64,000 bases of DNA from NCBI GenBank assembly GCA_948441955.1, contig CAOJQZ010000003.1:869-64868 (forward strand), in the 5' to 3' direction. Below are positions 1-9,763 of this stretch, one piece after another; within the stretch, counting starts at the first letter, position 1; the number at the start of each line of letters is the position of its first letter. This DNA is from an uncultured Lachnospiraceae bacterium (lineage in GTDB: Bacteria; Bacillota; Clostridia; Lachnospirales; Lachnospiraceae). The notes beneath the pieces were generated by a model, which saw nothing but the letters and a program-made list of their open reading frames with translations, made no database searches and was not told the DNA's origin. The position numbers and the translations under genes were made by a program.

Positions 1-8
1 AGAATGTT

Positions 9-1856
9 ATGGCAAAAAATATTGAACCAAAGCTCAGGAAAATCGGAGAATATCTTAAATTAGAAGATGATACTGTTTTTACAATTCCGGAGTATCAGCG
101 TGCATATTCATGGAGGGTGGATCATTGTGATAAATTATGGCAGGATATTGTAGATTATATTGCGAGTGAAAGTAAGGATAGATATTTCTTTGGGACAATA
201 ATTATTAATTGTCAGGAAAACGATACAAAATTAGGACTTATAGATGGTCAGCAAAGGACAACTACATTTTTATTGCTGCTGAAAGCATTACTTACCTGTA
301 TTAATGCTGAAATTGAGAAAACAGATTTGGATGATGAATCCGAGAGTTTGTGTAATGGGCTAAAAGAGCGTAGAAGAATTATAATGGGAATATTGTATAA
401 GGCAGAAACAGAAGAAATTTCTGACAAACCGGATAGAGAAAAGGATTACGAGATTTATAAAAAGACTGCCATATTAGAAAATTATTCCATAAATGAAAGA
501 TATAAAACGGAACTGAAAACAATACTTCAGACCGTTGATTATAAAGAAGCTAAAACCAATGTCATTAAAATACCATATAAGCAGAAAGATAATAAATATA
601 CAAATTTCTTTCGCAATTTTAAATATTTTTATGAAACGGTTAGTAAATTGTCAGCATCCCAATTAAATAGAATTACGAAAGCAATCACAAATAGTTGTGA
701 AGTTATAGAGATTAAAAGCTGGCAGGTTGAACAAGCAATTACAATGTTTAATTCTCTAAATTCCGATGGTCTTCCGCTTTATGACGCTGATATTATCTCA
801 GCAAAGCTGTATGCTGCTGCAGAGCAGATGAAAAGAGATAAAGAGTTTAATGAATTGTGGGAAGAACTATTAAATCAAATAGATATTTTAAATAAAATGG
901 GTGTTGCAGATATTGATTCTATTTTAATGCAGCAAATGTATTATGAGAGAGCCGTAAGGAAAGATATTGTGACTGAGTCTGGCTCAGTGAATGTAACCAC
1001 TCCTGGTTTGAGAAGATATTTTACCGAGATTAACAATGAGTTAATAAAACATCCCTTTGAATTATGTAATGGTATGATTAATTTAGCTAAAATATGGAAG
1101 AAGGTATCAAATTATCCAATTGCTCAGGTACTGTTTAAGTTTAATGAAAACACGAAATTATTTTTAGCAAGTTATTTCTACAGGTTTAAGGAGGAAGAAA
1201 TTTCTGAAGATAAAGTCGAGACAATATTTGAGAGTATATTGAGATTGTTTGCTGTTATGGAATTGGTTGATACGGGATATTCTAGTAAAAATTTTAAAAC
1301 ATTCCTCTTCAGGGAAGAGGTTAAGTTTGTAGATAAAGCTGTCACAGAGGAGGAGATAAAAACAGATTTTGACAACCATATCAGAGAAAATTGGAATGAA
1401 GAGTTAATAAAAAATGAGGTCTTAGATTATGATAAGAACAGTCTTGTGTATTTAAATGAATACTTATTTGCAAAGGAAAAGGGAAAAAAGTTTAAATTAA
1501 GTGATAAACCGGATATTGAACATATAATGCCTACTAGTGGAAAGAATAATCAAGAAATTCGCAGAGATGCAGGTATTAATAATGAAGATGAGTTTAAAAG
1601 TATTGTAAATAAACTTGGGAATAAAATTTTATTAGAAGAAAAGATTAACAGAACACTTGGAAATGAATGGTTTAGAACAAAGGTTTCTACATATTTAAAA
1701 GACAAAACAGGATATATTGATAGCGTTTATCCAATTGCATGTGAGTTAGTTTCCAAATATAAAAATGAGAGTAAAGCATATTGGAAAAAGGAAGACATTC
1801 TTAAAGCAACTGAAGAAGCCTGCGAAAGAATTGTGAAGTTCATTTTTAAAAATTAA
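9..1856 (+). CDS. DUF262 + DUF1524 protein (GmrSD/SspE-like modification-dependent nuclease)
   Basis: IPEYQRAYSW, LIDGQQR and FNSLNSDG motifs of DUF262; C-terminal DIEHIMP...LGNKILL...N HNH-like motif; strongly AT-rich. Confidence 0.85.
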   Translation: MAKNIEPKLRKIGEYLKLEDDTVFTIPEYQRAYSWRVDHCDKLWQDIVDYIASESKDRYFFGTIIINCQENDTKLGLIDGQQRTTTFLLLLKALLTCINAEIEKTDLDDESESLCNGLKERRRIIMGILYKAETEEISDKPDREKDYEIYKKTAILENYSINERYKTELKTILQTVDYKEAKTNVIKIPYKQKDNKYTNFFRNFKYFYETVSKLSASQLNRITKAITNSCEVIEIKSWQVEQAITMFNSLNSDGLPLYDADIISAKLYAAAEQMKRDKEFNELWEELLNQIDILNKMGVADIDSILMQQMYYERAVRKDIVTESGSVNVTTPGLRRYFTEINNELIKHPFELCNGMINLAKIWKKVSNYPIAQVLFKFNENTKLFLASYFYRFKEEEISEDKVETIFESILRLFAVMELVDTGYSSKNFKTFLFREEVKFVDKAVTEEEIKTDFDNHIRENWNEELIKNEVLDYDKNSLVYLNEYLFAKEKGKKFKLSDKPDIEHIMPTSGKNNQEIRRDAGINNEDEFKSIVNKLGNKILLEEKINRTLGNEWFRTKVSTYLKDKTGYIDSVYPIACELVSKYKNESKAYWKKEDILKATEEACERIVKFIFKN

Positions 1857-1945
1857 ACTGAGTAAATCGATCGCTATACTATGGATCAGGCGATTGCTAA
1901 GGAGCCAGCACCGTATGGCGGAAAAGAGAGGTGGAATTGAAGAAA

Positions 1946-2479
1946 ATGGGACGTATTAAATTAATTATTCCAACAGAAGAATATGCAGAACAAGTAATGG
2001 CTTATAGAGAAATGTTTTTGAAGAATGGCGACAGTTTCGACGGATGCGCGGGACTGGAGGATGTGGGAAGCTATGAAGAGTGGTTTGATTTTGAGAACAG
2101 GCTGTCTGCAAAATTTGGTGATGCTTATGTCCCCTCTACAGTTTGCCTTGCGGTCAGAAAAGAAGATCATAAGCTGGTGGGAATGATTGATTACAGACAT
2201 AAATTGTCTGATTTTTTACTGCGCTTTGGAGGAAATATTGGATATAGTGTACTGCCTTCAGAACGAGGAAAGGGCTATGCAAAAGAGATGCTGGGGCTGA
2301 TGATAGAGAAGTGCAGAGAATTTGGCGCAGATAAAGTTCTGGTGACCTGTGAAAAAGCGAATGTGGCTTCTGCCAAAACGATTATTGAGAATGGAGGGGC
2401 GCTGGAAAATGAAGTGCCGGATGAAGCAGGACTGAGTAAATGCGGTATTATTCAAAGATATTGGATTGATGTACGATAG
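1946..2479 (+). CDS. GNAT family N-acetyltransferase
   Basis: GGNIGYSVLPSERGKGYA acetyl-CoA motif, N.AS.KTI motif; ATG 1946 chosen after GAGGTG, ORF open from 1931. Confidence 0.85.
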   Translation: MGRIKLIIPTEEYAEQVMAYREMFLKNGDSFDGCAGLEDVGSYEEWFDFENRLSAKFGDAYVPSTVCLAVRKEDHKLVGMIDYRHKLSDFLLRFGGNIGYSVLPSERGKGYAKEMLGLMIEKCREFGADKVLVTCEKANVASAKTIIENGGALENEVPDEAGLSKCGIIQRYWIDVR

Positions 2480-2489
2480 AAGGACATGG

Positions 2490-2527
2490 AGGAACCGGAG
2501 GGAAAAACTGCCGGTTCCTTTTTATTT
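2490..2527 (+). terminator. Intrinsic terminator
   Basis: aggaaccgg...ccggttcct stem followed by T run. Confidence 0.75.
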
Positions 2528-2557
2528 AAAAGTAATGAAAATAAATGACAATAATGA

Positions 2558-2585
2558 TTGACAAAAAGTTTAATGGTAGTATAAT
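2558..2585 (+). promoter_or_regulatory. Sigma-A promoter of pot operon
   Basis: TTGACA 2558-2563, 16 nt, TATAAT 2580-2585. Confidence 0.75.
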
Positions 2586-2665
2586 ATATTCAGCGCAAAA
2601 AAGTTTAGTATAAAATTATTTTTAGTTTATAAATATTGCGAGTTGACGAGAAGGGACAGACTTTT

Positions 2666-3223
2666 ATGGAACAGGAATATGTGAATGAGCACATAGGCAG
2701 AAAAATTAAGGATCTGAGGAACAGAAATGGACTTACACAGCAGGAGCTGGCTGACAGGACAGAGCTGACGAAGGGCTTTATCTCCCAGCTGGAGAGGGGG
2801 CAGGTATCCCCGTCTATTGTGACCCTTCTTGATCTGATTGAATGTCTGGGAACCACTGCTTCAGACTTTTTCAAAGAAACAGAAGAAGAGCATGTCGTAT
2901 TTTCAGAGGAAGGTTTTTTTGAAAAGGTGGATGATGCAGGAAACAGCATTCAGTGGATTGTTCCGACGGCGCAGAAGTATCAAATGGAACCACTAATGGT
3001 GAGAGTAGAGCCCTATGAATCTTTAGAGGAGGATAAGCCTCATGACGGAGAGGAATTTGGATACCTGATATCGGGACGGCTTAAGCTTCATCTTGGGGAT
3101 AAAGTTTATCAGGTGAAGGCAGGCGAGAGCTTTTACTATGCTGCAAAATGCAGGCATCGTATTGAGAATTCAGGCGGCAGACCGGCGAAGTTTATCTGGG
3201 TCAGCACGCCGCCTACATTTTAG
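2666..3223 (+). CDS. XRE HTH + cupin regulator (PuuR/PotR-like)
   Basis: LTQQELADRTELTKGFISQLERG HTH; HDGEEFGY cupin; first gene of pot operon. Confidence 0.85.
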   Translation: MEQEYVNEHIGRKIKDLRNRNGLTQQELADRTELTKGFISQLERGQVSPSIVTLLDLIECLGTTASDFFKETEEEHVVFSEEGFFEKVDDAGNSIQWIVPTAQKYQMEPLMVRVEPYESLEEDKPHDGEEFGYLISGRLKLHLGDKVYQVKAGESFYYAAKCRHRIENSGGRPAKFIWVSTPPTF

Positions 3224-3247
3224 TAAGAGATAAAACAGGGGGAAAAG

Positions 3248-4687
3248 ATGGAACACACGACAAACATTATTGAATTAAAACATATTACAAAAACTTATGA
3301 GGATGGATTCAGCGCAGTATCAGATTTTAACCTGAAAGTGAAAAAGGGGGAATTCATCACATTTTTAGGGCCCTCTGGATGTGGGAAGACAACAACCCTT
3401 AGAATGATTGCCGGCTTTGACCTTCCGACAGAGGGAGAGATTTTATTAAACGGGGAGCCCATCACAGAGCTTCCGCCGAACAAGAGGCCGATTAATACTG
3501 TATTTCAAAGATATGCATTATTTCCGCATATGAATATATATGAAAATATTGCTTTTGGATTAAGACAGAAAAAGACGCCGGAGGACATGATTGTAAAAAA
3601 GGTCAGGAAGGTTTTGGAGCTGGTGGATCTGGAAGGATTTGAAAAGAGGAGCATTGATACGCTTTCCGGGGGACAGCAGCAGAGAGTGGCCATTGCAAGG
3701 GCGGTAGTGAATGAGCCGCAGATACTTCTTCTTGATGAGCCTTTGGGAGCGTTGGATCTTAAAATGAGAAAAGAAATGCAGTTTGAGCTGAAGGAGATGC
3801 ATAGAGAGCTTGGTATAACATTTATCTATGTTACCCATGATCAGGAAGAAGCGCTTACCATGTCAGATAAAATTGTTGTTATGGCAGAGGGGAAGATGCA
3901 GCAGATTGGCACGCCGGAGGATATATACAATGAGCCTGCAAATGCTTTTGTGGCTGATTTTATCGGAGACAGTAATATTTTTAACGGGATTATGACAGGA
4001 AAGTTTAAGGCTCGTTTCTGCGGCGGGGAATTTATATGTGTGGATGATGTGGAGGAAGGAACGCATATTACGGCGGTAGTACGCCCGGAAGACGTTATCT
4101 TGACCTCACCGGAAAAAGGCAGGATCAAGGGAATTGTAACCTCTGTGATCTTTAAAGGAATGCATTATGAGATTACCGTGGAATCCGGGAAAAATGAGAT
4201 TGTTGCCCAGTCCGTAAATTCCGCGGCTACAGGGGAGCATGTGGGAGTCCAGGTAGAGCCGGACAATATCCATATTATGATCGCGGAGGATCATACGAAT
4301 ATATTTGCAGCGGAAATTAATAAAAACGGTGAGCTTGCATATAACGGAACGGTTCTCCCGGTTCCTCTAACCAGTATTATAAAGGGGAGCAGGCAGGAAG
4401 AGGACGGCACGCTTCTTGATGCGTCTGGTTCAGAGCTTGATTTAAACAAAATAAGAATTAAGATTTCCATTAAGCCTCAGGATATTGAGCTGACAGATGA
4501 GCAGGAAGAAGGGCTTGTACAAGGGTGTATCAGTAATCTGATCTATAAAGGTGACCATTATAGTTATGTTATTCATACGGATTTGGAGCAGGATTTTGTG
4601 GTGGATGATGAGTATCTTTGGAATATGGACGATCAGGTGGGACTTTTAATGCCGGTAGAAAAGATGGTTTTTACTGTTAAGAAATAG
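3248..4687 (+). CDS. potA: Spermidine/putrescine ABC transporter ATPase, extended C-terminus
   Basis: GPSGCGKT, LSGGQQQR, LLLDEP, NTVFQRYALFPH; two TOBE-like segments. Confidence 0.9.
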   Translation: MEHTTNIIELKHITKTYEDGFSAVSDFNLKVKKGEFITFLGPSGCGKTTTLRMIAGFDLPTEGEILLNGEPITELPPNKRPINTVFQRYALFPHMNIYENIAFGLRQKKTPEDMIVKKVRKVLELVDLEGFEKRSIDTLSGGQQQRVAIARAVVNEPQILLLDEPLGALDLKMRKEMQFELKEMHRELGITFIYVTHDQEEALTMSDKIVVMAEGKMQQIGTPEDIYNEPANAFVADFIGDSNIFNGIMTGKFKARFCGGEFICVDDVEEGTHITAVVRPEDVILTSPEKGRIKGIVTSVIFKGMHYEITVESGKNEIVAQSVNSAATGEHVGVQVEPDNIHIMIAEDHTNIFAAEINKNGELAYNGTVLPVPLTSIIKGSRQEEDGTLLDASGSELDLNKIRIKISIKPQDIELTDEQEEGLVQGCISNLIYKGDHYSYVIHTDLEQDFVVDDEYLWNMDDQVGLLMPVEKMVFTVKK

Positions 4688-4698
4688 GAGGGATATGC

Positions 4699-5493
4699 AT
4701 GCATAAATATTTGCTGTCCAGGAAGAGTCTGGGAATTCCATATGTACTTTTTCTGCTGCTTTTTGTTTTAGCTCCGCTTTTGGTTCTGCTTTACTATGCA
4801 TTTACAAATGGACAGGGGGAATGGACTGCACTGAATCTGACGGGCTTTTTTTCAGACCCCAATACATTAGGAACGCTTTGCTACAGCTTTGCTGTTGCGG
4901 CGGTTACGACTTTGGTCTGTCTGCTCCTTGCATATCCGGTGGCTTATATTCTTGCAACCAGCAGACTTCGGGCGAAGTCTGTGATCGTCATGCTGTTTAT
5001 TATGCCGATGTGGATTAATTTTTCTCTAAGAATTACAGCGTTAAAGGAGATTCTTACATGGGCTGAGGGAAGCCTTGCCTATTATCCGTTTCTTAATACA
5101 GTGCTTGGCATGAGCTATGACTTCCTGCCATTTATGATACTGCCTATTTATACTACGATTTCAAAGCTTGACGGAGCGCTTCTGGAGGCGGCGAGAGATT
5201 TGGGAGCAGGGGAATTTCAGGCATTTTTAAAGGTGACGCTGCCGCTGTCGTTTCCGGGTATATTAAGCGGAATATCTATGGTGTTTTTGCCGGCGATGAC
5301 AAATTATGTTGTACTGGATATGCTGTATAACAGTACGTATATTATGGGCAGTCTGATTGGAAGTTATTTTGCGGCATATAATTGGAACGGAGGTTCTATG
5401 ATTGCATTGATTCTTCTGGGAATTGTCTGTCTGTTTACATTTATGACAAGAGGTATGGAAGAGGAAAACATGAGAGGAGGGGCTTTGCTGTGA
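4699..5493 (+). CDS. potB: Polyamine ABC permease
   Basis: Hydrophobic; LPFMILPIY and EAARDLGA EAA loop. Confidence 0.85.
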   Translation: MHKYLLSRKSLGIPYVLFLLLFVLAPLLVLLYYAFTNGQGEWTALNLTGFFSDPNTLGTLCYSFAVAAVTTLVCLLLAYPVAYILATSRLRAKSVIVMLFIMPMWINFSLRITALKEILTWAEGSLAYYPFLNTVLGMSYDFLPFMILPIYTTISKLDGALLEAARDLGAGEFQAFLKVTLPLSFPGILSGISMVFLPAMTNYVVLDMLYNSTYIMGSLIGSYFAAYNWNGGSMIALILLGIVCLFTFMTRGMEEENMRGGALL

Positions 5494-6293
5494 TGAAGAA
5501 AGTGTGGAAAAGTATAATCATTGTTTTTGTCCTGTGTTTTTTATATCTGCCGATCCTTGTTCTGGCTGTATACAGTTTTACGGACGCTGCGAATATTGGA
5601 GCGGTTCGGGGCTTTTCTGTGCATAATTATGTGACCCTTTTCACAACGCCGGAGTTAGTAAAGATGATTTTCGGAACCGTGCTGCTTGCACTTGCATCGG
5701 CGCTTCTGGCAACCCTTCTTGGGACACTTGGTTCTATTGGGGCTTTTTACTCAAAAAAGGGGATGGCATCCGTTATTCATACATTGAATCAGGTGCCGGT
5801 TGTGAATGCGGATGTTGTAACAGGATTTTCTATCTGTATTCTTCTGGTAGTTGTCTTTGGAATTAATAAAGACACCTTTATTCCGCTGGTAGCAGGGCAT
5901 GTGACCTTATGTGCTCCCTTTGTGTTTCTTTCGGTAGCTCCAAAGCTTAATCAGATGGATTCAAGCATTTATGAGGCAGCTCTGGATCTTGGGGCCACAC
6001 CCTTTACAGCGCTTATAAAAATTGTGATTCCGCAGATATTTCCAGGGATTGTCTCTGGCTTTGCGCTGGCAGTTACCCTTTCTCTGGACGATTATTTCGT
6101 GGCTACCTATACAAAGCCGGCAACTTTTGATACGATCAGTACTTATGTGGTAAATGCAACAAAGGGGGCCCAGACAACGATAAAAACTGCTCTGTGGGCA
6201 TTATCTACAGTCATCTTTTTTCTGGTAGTTTTGTTTACTATATTTATGAATGTACGGGCCGTAAAGCAGGTTCAGGAAAGGAATGGCATATGA
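5493..6293 (+). CDS. potC: Polyamine ABC permease
   Basis: FLYLPI..L..YSF, EAALDLGA, SLDD motifs; TGATG coupling to potB. Confidence 0.85.
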   Translation: MKKVWKSIIIVFVLCFLYLPILVLAVYSFTDAANIGAVRGFSVHNYVTLFTTPELVKMIFGTVLLALASALLATLLGTLGSIGAFYSKKGMASVIHTLNQVPVVNADVVTGFSICILLVVVFGINKDTFIPLVAGHVTLCAPFVFLSVAPKLNQMDSSIYEAALDLGATPFTALIKIVIPQIFPGIVSGFALAVTLSLDDYFVATYTKPATFDTISTYVVNATKGAQTTIKTALWALSTVIFFLVVLFTIFMNVRAVKQVQERNGI

Positions 6294-7810
6294 CGATAAA
6301 AAGGAAAAGGACAGTCATCTTTTGTTTTATAAGCTGTGCGGCGCTGTTCCTGTCTGTAGTTTGTCCAGTGACAGCCGGCGCTGCAGAAGAAAAAGAGGTA
6401 ACCTTACGGATATGCAACTGGGAAGAATATATTGATCTTGGAGACTGGTCTGAGGAGGATACGATAGATTTAGAGAGCGGGGATATTATTGGAGAAAATT
6501 CTATGGTGGAGGACTTTACGGACTGGTATTACGAGAACTATGGAGTCAGAGTAAAGGTAGAATATTCTACCTTTGGCACCAATGAAGACCTTTATAACAT
6601 GCTCTCTCTGGGAGATACTTATGATTTGGTGTGCCCCTCAGAATATATGATTATGAAATTAATGACAGAAAATCAGCTTGTACCGTTGTCGAAACATTTT
6701 TTTGATACTTCTGACAGGAATAATTATTATATAAATGGTGTGTCGCCCTATATTCGTTCGATTTTTGAAAATAACAAAATAGAAGGAAAACCCTGGAGTG
6801 ATTACGCGGCAGGATATATGTGGGGAATTACAGGAATTGTGTATAATCCTGAGATTGTAAAGGAGGAGGATGCTTCAAGCTGGAAGATATTAAATAATCC
6901 TGCATACTACAGACAGATTACGATTAAAGATAATGTAAGGGATTCCTATTTTGCGGCAGTAGGCGCTATCAAGTCAGAACTTCTGACTTCCGAAGAATTT
7001 TTACAGGATCCGGATTACCTTGAAAACTTGGAAAGAGAGATGAATGATACTTCCGAAGGTACGCTGGCTATGGTCCAGGAATATCTTCAGGATGTCAAAA
7101 ATAATGCCTATTCCTTTGAAACAGATTCCGGAAAAGCAGATATGGTTACAGGAAAGGTGGCGGCAAACTATCAGTGGTCCGGAGATGCGGTGTATACGAT
7201 GGATGAAGCAGATGAGGAGGATTTCCCTTTGGCATTTGCCGTGCCGGAGGAATCTACAAACATTTATTTTGACGGCTGGGTAATGCTCAGAGATGGAATT
7301 GAAGAAGACGCTGCAAAGCAGCATGCAGCGGAGGCATTTATTAATTTTAATTCCAGAGCAGATAATGTAATTCGTAATATGAATTATATCGGATATACAT
7401 CTGTGATTTCCGGCGGCAATGACAAACGTGTTTTTGAATATGCAGACTGGTGCTATGGTGCGCAAGAAGACGAGAAGAATGTATCGGAATATGATCTGGG
7501 ATATTTTTTTGCCGGAGAGGAAGGCAGCGAATATATCATTACTGCGCCTTCCGATCAGGTATATCGGCAGCTGTTTTCCCAGTACCCTTCTCAGGAGGCG
7601 ATGTCAAGGGCATCCCTGATGGTATGCTTTGACGATGAACAGACACAGGCGATTAATCAGATGTGGATTAATGTAAGATGCTGTAATATTCATGATATAC
7701 CGGCATGGAGCTGGGCGGCTGCCGGAATTGTAGCCGGAGTTTTAATTACGGCAGGAGGGAAGAAGGCAATTGGAAAAAGAGGATATTTTTCTTGGGAAAG
7801 CAAAGTTTGA
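6290..7810 (+). CDS. potD: Polyamine ABC substrate-binding protein with C-terminal membrane anchor
   Basis: NWEEYI, YDLVCPSEYMI, YMWG..GIVYN, WSGDA motifs; ATGA overlap with potC. Confidence 0.8.
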   Translation: MTIKRKRTVIFCFISCAALFLSVVCPVTAGAAEEKEVTLRICNWEEYIDLGDWSEEDTIDLESGDIIGENSMVEDFTDWYYENYGVRVKVEYSTFGTNEDLYNMLSLGDTYDLVCPSEYMIMKLMTENQLVPLSKHFFDTSDRNNYYINGVSPYIRSIFENNKIEGKPWSDYAAGYMWGITGIVYNPEIVKEEDASSWKILNNPAYYRQITIKDNVRDSYFAAVGAIKSELLTSEEFLQDPDYLENLEREMNDTSEGTLAMVQEYLQDVKNNAYSFETDSGKADMVTGKVAANYQWSGDAVYTMDEADEEDFPLAFAVPEESTNIYFDGWVMLRDGIEEDAAKQHAAEAFINFNSRADNVIRNMNYIGYTSVISGGNDKRVFEYADWCYGAQEDEKNVSEYDLGYFFAGEEGSEYIITAPSDQVYRQLFSQYPSQEAMSRASLMVCFDDEQTQAINQMWINVRCCNIHDIPAWSWAAAGIVAGVLITAGGKKAIGKRGYFSWESKV

Positions 7811-8282
7811 GGACTGGAAGGCAATGTACAGAAATGTCTGGTCAAGGCCTGAGGCCGCCCGGTTTATGATGTGGCAGGTGACAGAAAGCGAGGAGGAAGC
7901 AATGGAACGGATGAAAAGAACGATTCTGTTTCAGGAATCCCATGACACGTACCTTGTCTATGAAAAAAAGAGCGGTCAGGCAATTGGATTTGCAGGCGTA
8001 GGAAAAATTGGCCCAGGGCTCTATGGAGAAATGGGGATTGCTCTTGGTCCGGAATTTGTGGGAAAGGGGTATGGCAAGCAGATTTTGTATCTGCTTATTG
8101 AATATTGCCGGAATTTTCTTCACGGGAAAGAATTTTTCTATCATACGCAGGCAGATAACGAAGCTTCAAAGGCTTTAGCTCTATCCTGCGGGCTTACTTA
8201 CCGCTATTCCGAGTATAAGAGGGATCTGAAAAATGGAGGGGAATACGAACAGGAGATTTATAGCATCAAGCTGGAGCCGTAA
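7770..8282 (+). CDS. GNAT (RimJ/RimL-like) acetyltransferase
   Basis: GPEFVGKGYG and N.ASKAL...CG motifs. Confidence 0.8.
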   Translation: MEKEDIFLGKAKFEDWKAMYRNVWSRPEAARFMMWQVTESEEEAMERMKRTILFQESHDTYLVYEKKSGQAIGFAGVGKIGPGLYGEMGIALGPEFVGKGYGKQILYLLIEYCRNFLHGKEFFYHTQADNEASKALALSCGLTYRYSEYKRDLKNGGEYEQEIYSIKLEP

Positions 8283-8300
8283 AGAACGGCGGTATAAGGG

Positions 8301-8329
8301 TTGCATTATTCCCTTAAAAGGTATAGAAT
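8301..8329 (+). promoter_or_regulatory. Sigma-A promoter of mog-rnhA-rnpB
   Basis: TTGCAT-17-TAGAAT. Confidence 0.6.
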
Positions 8330-8368
8330 TCTACTAGATACAGAAGACGAGATTGATGGAGGTACAAG

Positions 8369-8839
8369 ATGAAGGTTGCAATTATCACGGCAAGCACTGC
8401 AGTTTATAAAGAGAGAGAAGAGAACCAGAGCGGTGAAGTAATCCGCCGGATGGCAGAGGATGCCGGCATGGAGGTTGTATTTATGAAGGCGCTTCCGAAC
8501 GACAGGAAAGTATTATCTACTGTATTTCAGAGAATGGCAGACAATCATCTGGCGGATTTGATTCTTACAACAGGCGGCGCCGGCTGTGCACCGGAGGATT
8601 GTACACCGGAGGCAACGCTGGATGTTGTTGACAGGCAGATAGTTGGTATTCCGGAGGGAATGCGCGCCCATATGCTTTCTATGACAAAACGTACTATGCT
8701 GAACAGAAGCGCGGCAGGTATCAGAGGCGATGTTTTGATTGTAAATCTTCCTGGAAAAGCCGGTGCGGTAAAGGAATGCCTTAGCTATATTCTGCCGGAA
8801 GTTATGCATGCGGTAGAAGTGATTAAAGGAGAAGCGTAA
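8369..8839 (+). CDS. MogA/MoaB-family molybdopterin-binding protein (divergent)
   Basis: LILTTGGAG...DCTPEAT, IVNLPG motifs. Confidence 0.8.
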   Translation: MKVAIITASTAVYKEREENQSGEVIRRMAEDAGMEVVFMKALPNDRKVLSTVFQRMADNHLADLILTTGGAGCAPEDCTPEATLDVVDRQIVGIPEGMRAHMLSMTKRTMLNRSAAGIRGDVLIVNLPGKAGAVKECLSYILPEVMHAVEVIKGEA

Positions 8840-8841
8840 AT

Positions 8842-9318
8842 ATGCAGGTGAGTATCTACACAGACGGGGCGGCCAGGGGAAATCCGGATGGGCCTGGAGG
8901 GTACGGCACAGTTTTAGAATATGTAGACGGTAAGGGAGAACTTCATGTAAAGGAATTGTCTCAGGGGTACAAAAAAACAACAAATAACCGTATGGAGCTG
9001 ATGGCGGTTATCGCAGGACTGGAGGCGTTAAATCGTCCGTGTGATGTGAAGCTGTATTCAGATTCCAAGTATGTGGTTGACGCGTTTAACCAGAAGTGGA
9101 TTGACGGATGGATTAAAAAAGGCTGGAAACGCAGCGGGAATGAGCCTGTGAAAAATATAGATTTGTGGCAGAGGCTTTTAAAGGCAAAAGCAGCGCATAA
9201 TGTAACATTTCACTGGGTAAAAGGCCACGATGGACATCCACAGAATGAAAGGTGCGATGAGCTGGCAACAGCAGCAGCGGATGGAGAAGAGCTTGCGGAC
9301 GACGTGTTGGGGACGTAG
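8842..9318 (+). CDS. rnhA: Ribonuclease HI
   Basis: [39 protein letters not shown]. Confidence 0.95.
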   Translation: MQVSIYTDGAARGNPDGPGGYGTVLEYVDGKGELHVKELSQGYKKTTNNRMELMAVIAGLEALNRPCDVKLYSDSKYVVDAFNQKWIDGWIKKGWKRSGNEPVKNIDLWQRLLKAKAAHNVTFHWVKGHDGHPQNERCDELATAAADGEELADDVLGT

Positions 9319-9347
9319 TATTTTTAAAAATACTACGTCCCAGATTG
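9310..9347. repeat. 38-bp repeat copy 1, containing a 32-bp perfect palindrome (9310-9341)
   Basis: gggacgtagtattttt|aaaaatactacgtccc+agattg, identical to 9770-9807; overlaps rnhA stop. Confidence 0.95.
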
Positions 9348-9370
9348 AAAATACCCTGTCCCCAATGTAC

Positions 9371-9719
9371 AAGTAAAACAAGTAATCGCAGATGCAGGAG
9401 CTGAAAAGCAGCAGATGAGGAAAGTCCGGGCTTCACAGGGCAGAGTGCCGGATAACGTCCGGTGGAGGTGACTCCAAGGCCAGTGCAACAGAAATGTACC
9501 GCTTATGCCGCATGGCATAAGTAAGGGTGGAAGGGCAGTGTAAGAGACTACCGCCTTGTCGGTAACGACAGGGGCACATGTAAACCCCACTCGAAGCAAG
9601 ACCGGATAGAGGCTGTGTGGCGGCCCGTCACGTCTCAGGTAGGTCGCTAAAGTCCGCTGGCAACAACGGATATAGATAGATGATTACTCAACGACATAAC
9701 CCGGCTTATCGTTTTGCTT
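9371..9719 (+). ncRNA. rnpB: RNase P RNA (bacterial type A)
   Basis: GAGGAAAGTCCGGGC, AGTGCAACAGAAA, GGGTGGAAGG, TAAACCCC, TAGATAGATGATT, ACATAACCCGGCTTA; P1 aagtaaaac/gttttgctt; ends approximate. Confidence 0.95.
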
Positions 9720-9763
9720 GTACATTGGGGACAGGGTATTTTTAATCTGGGACACCGTAAAAT

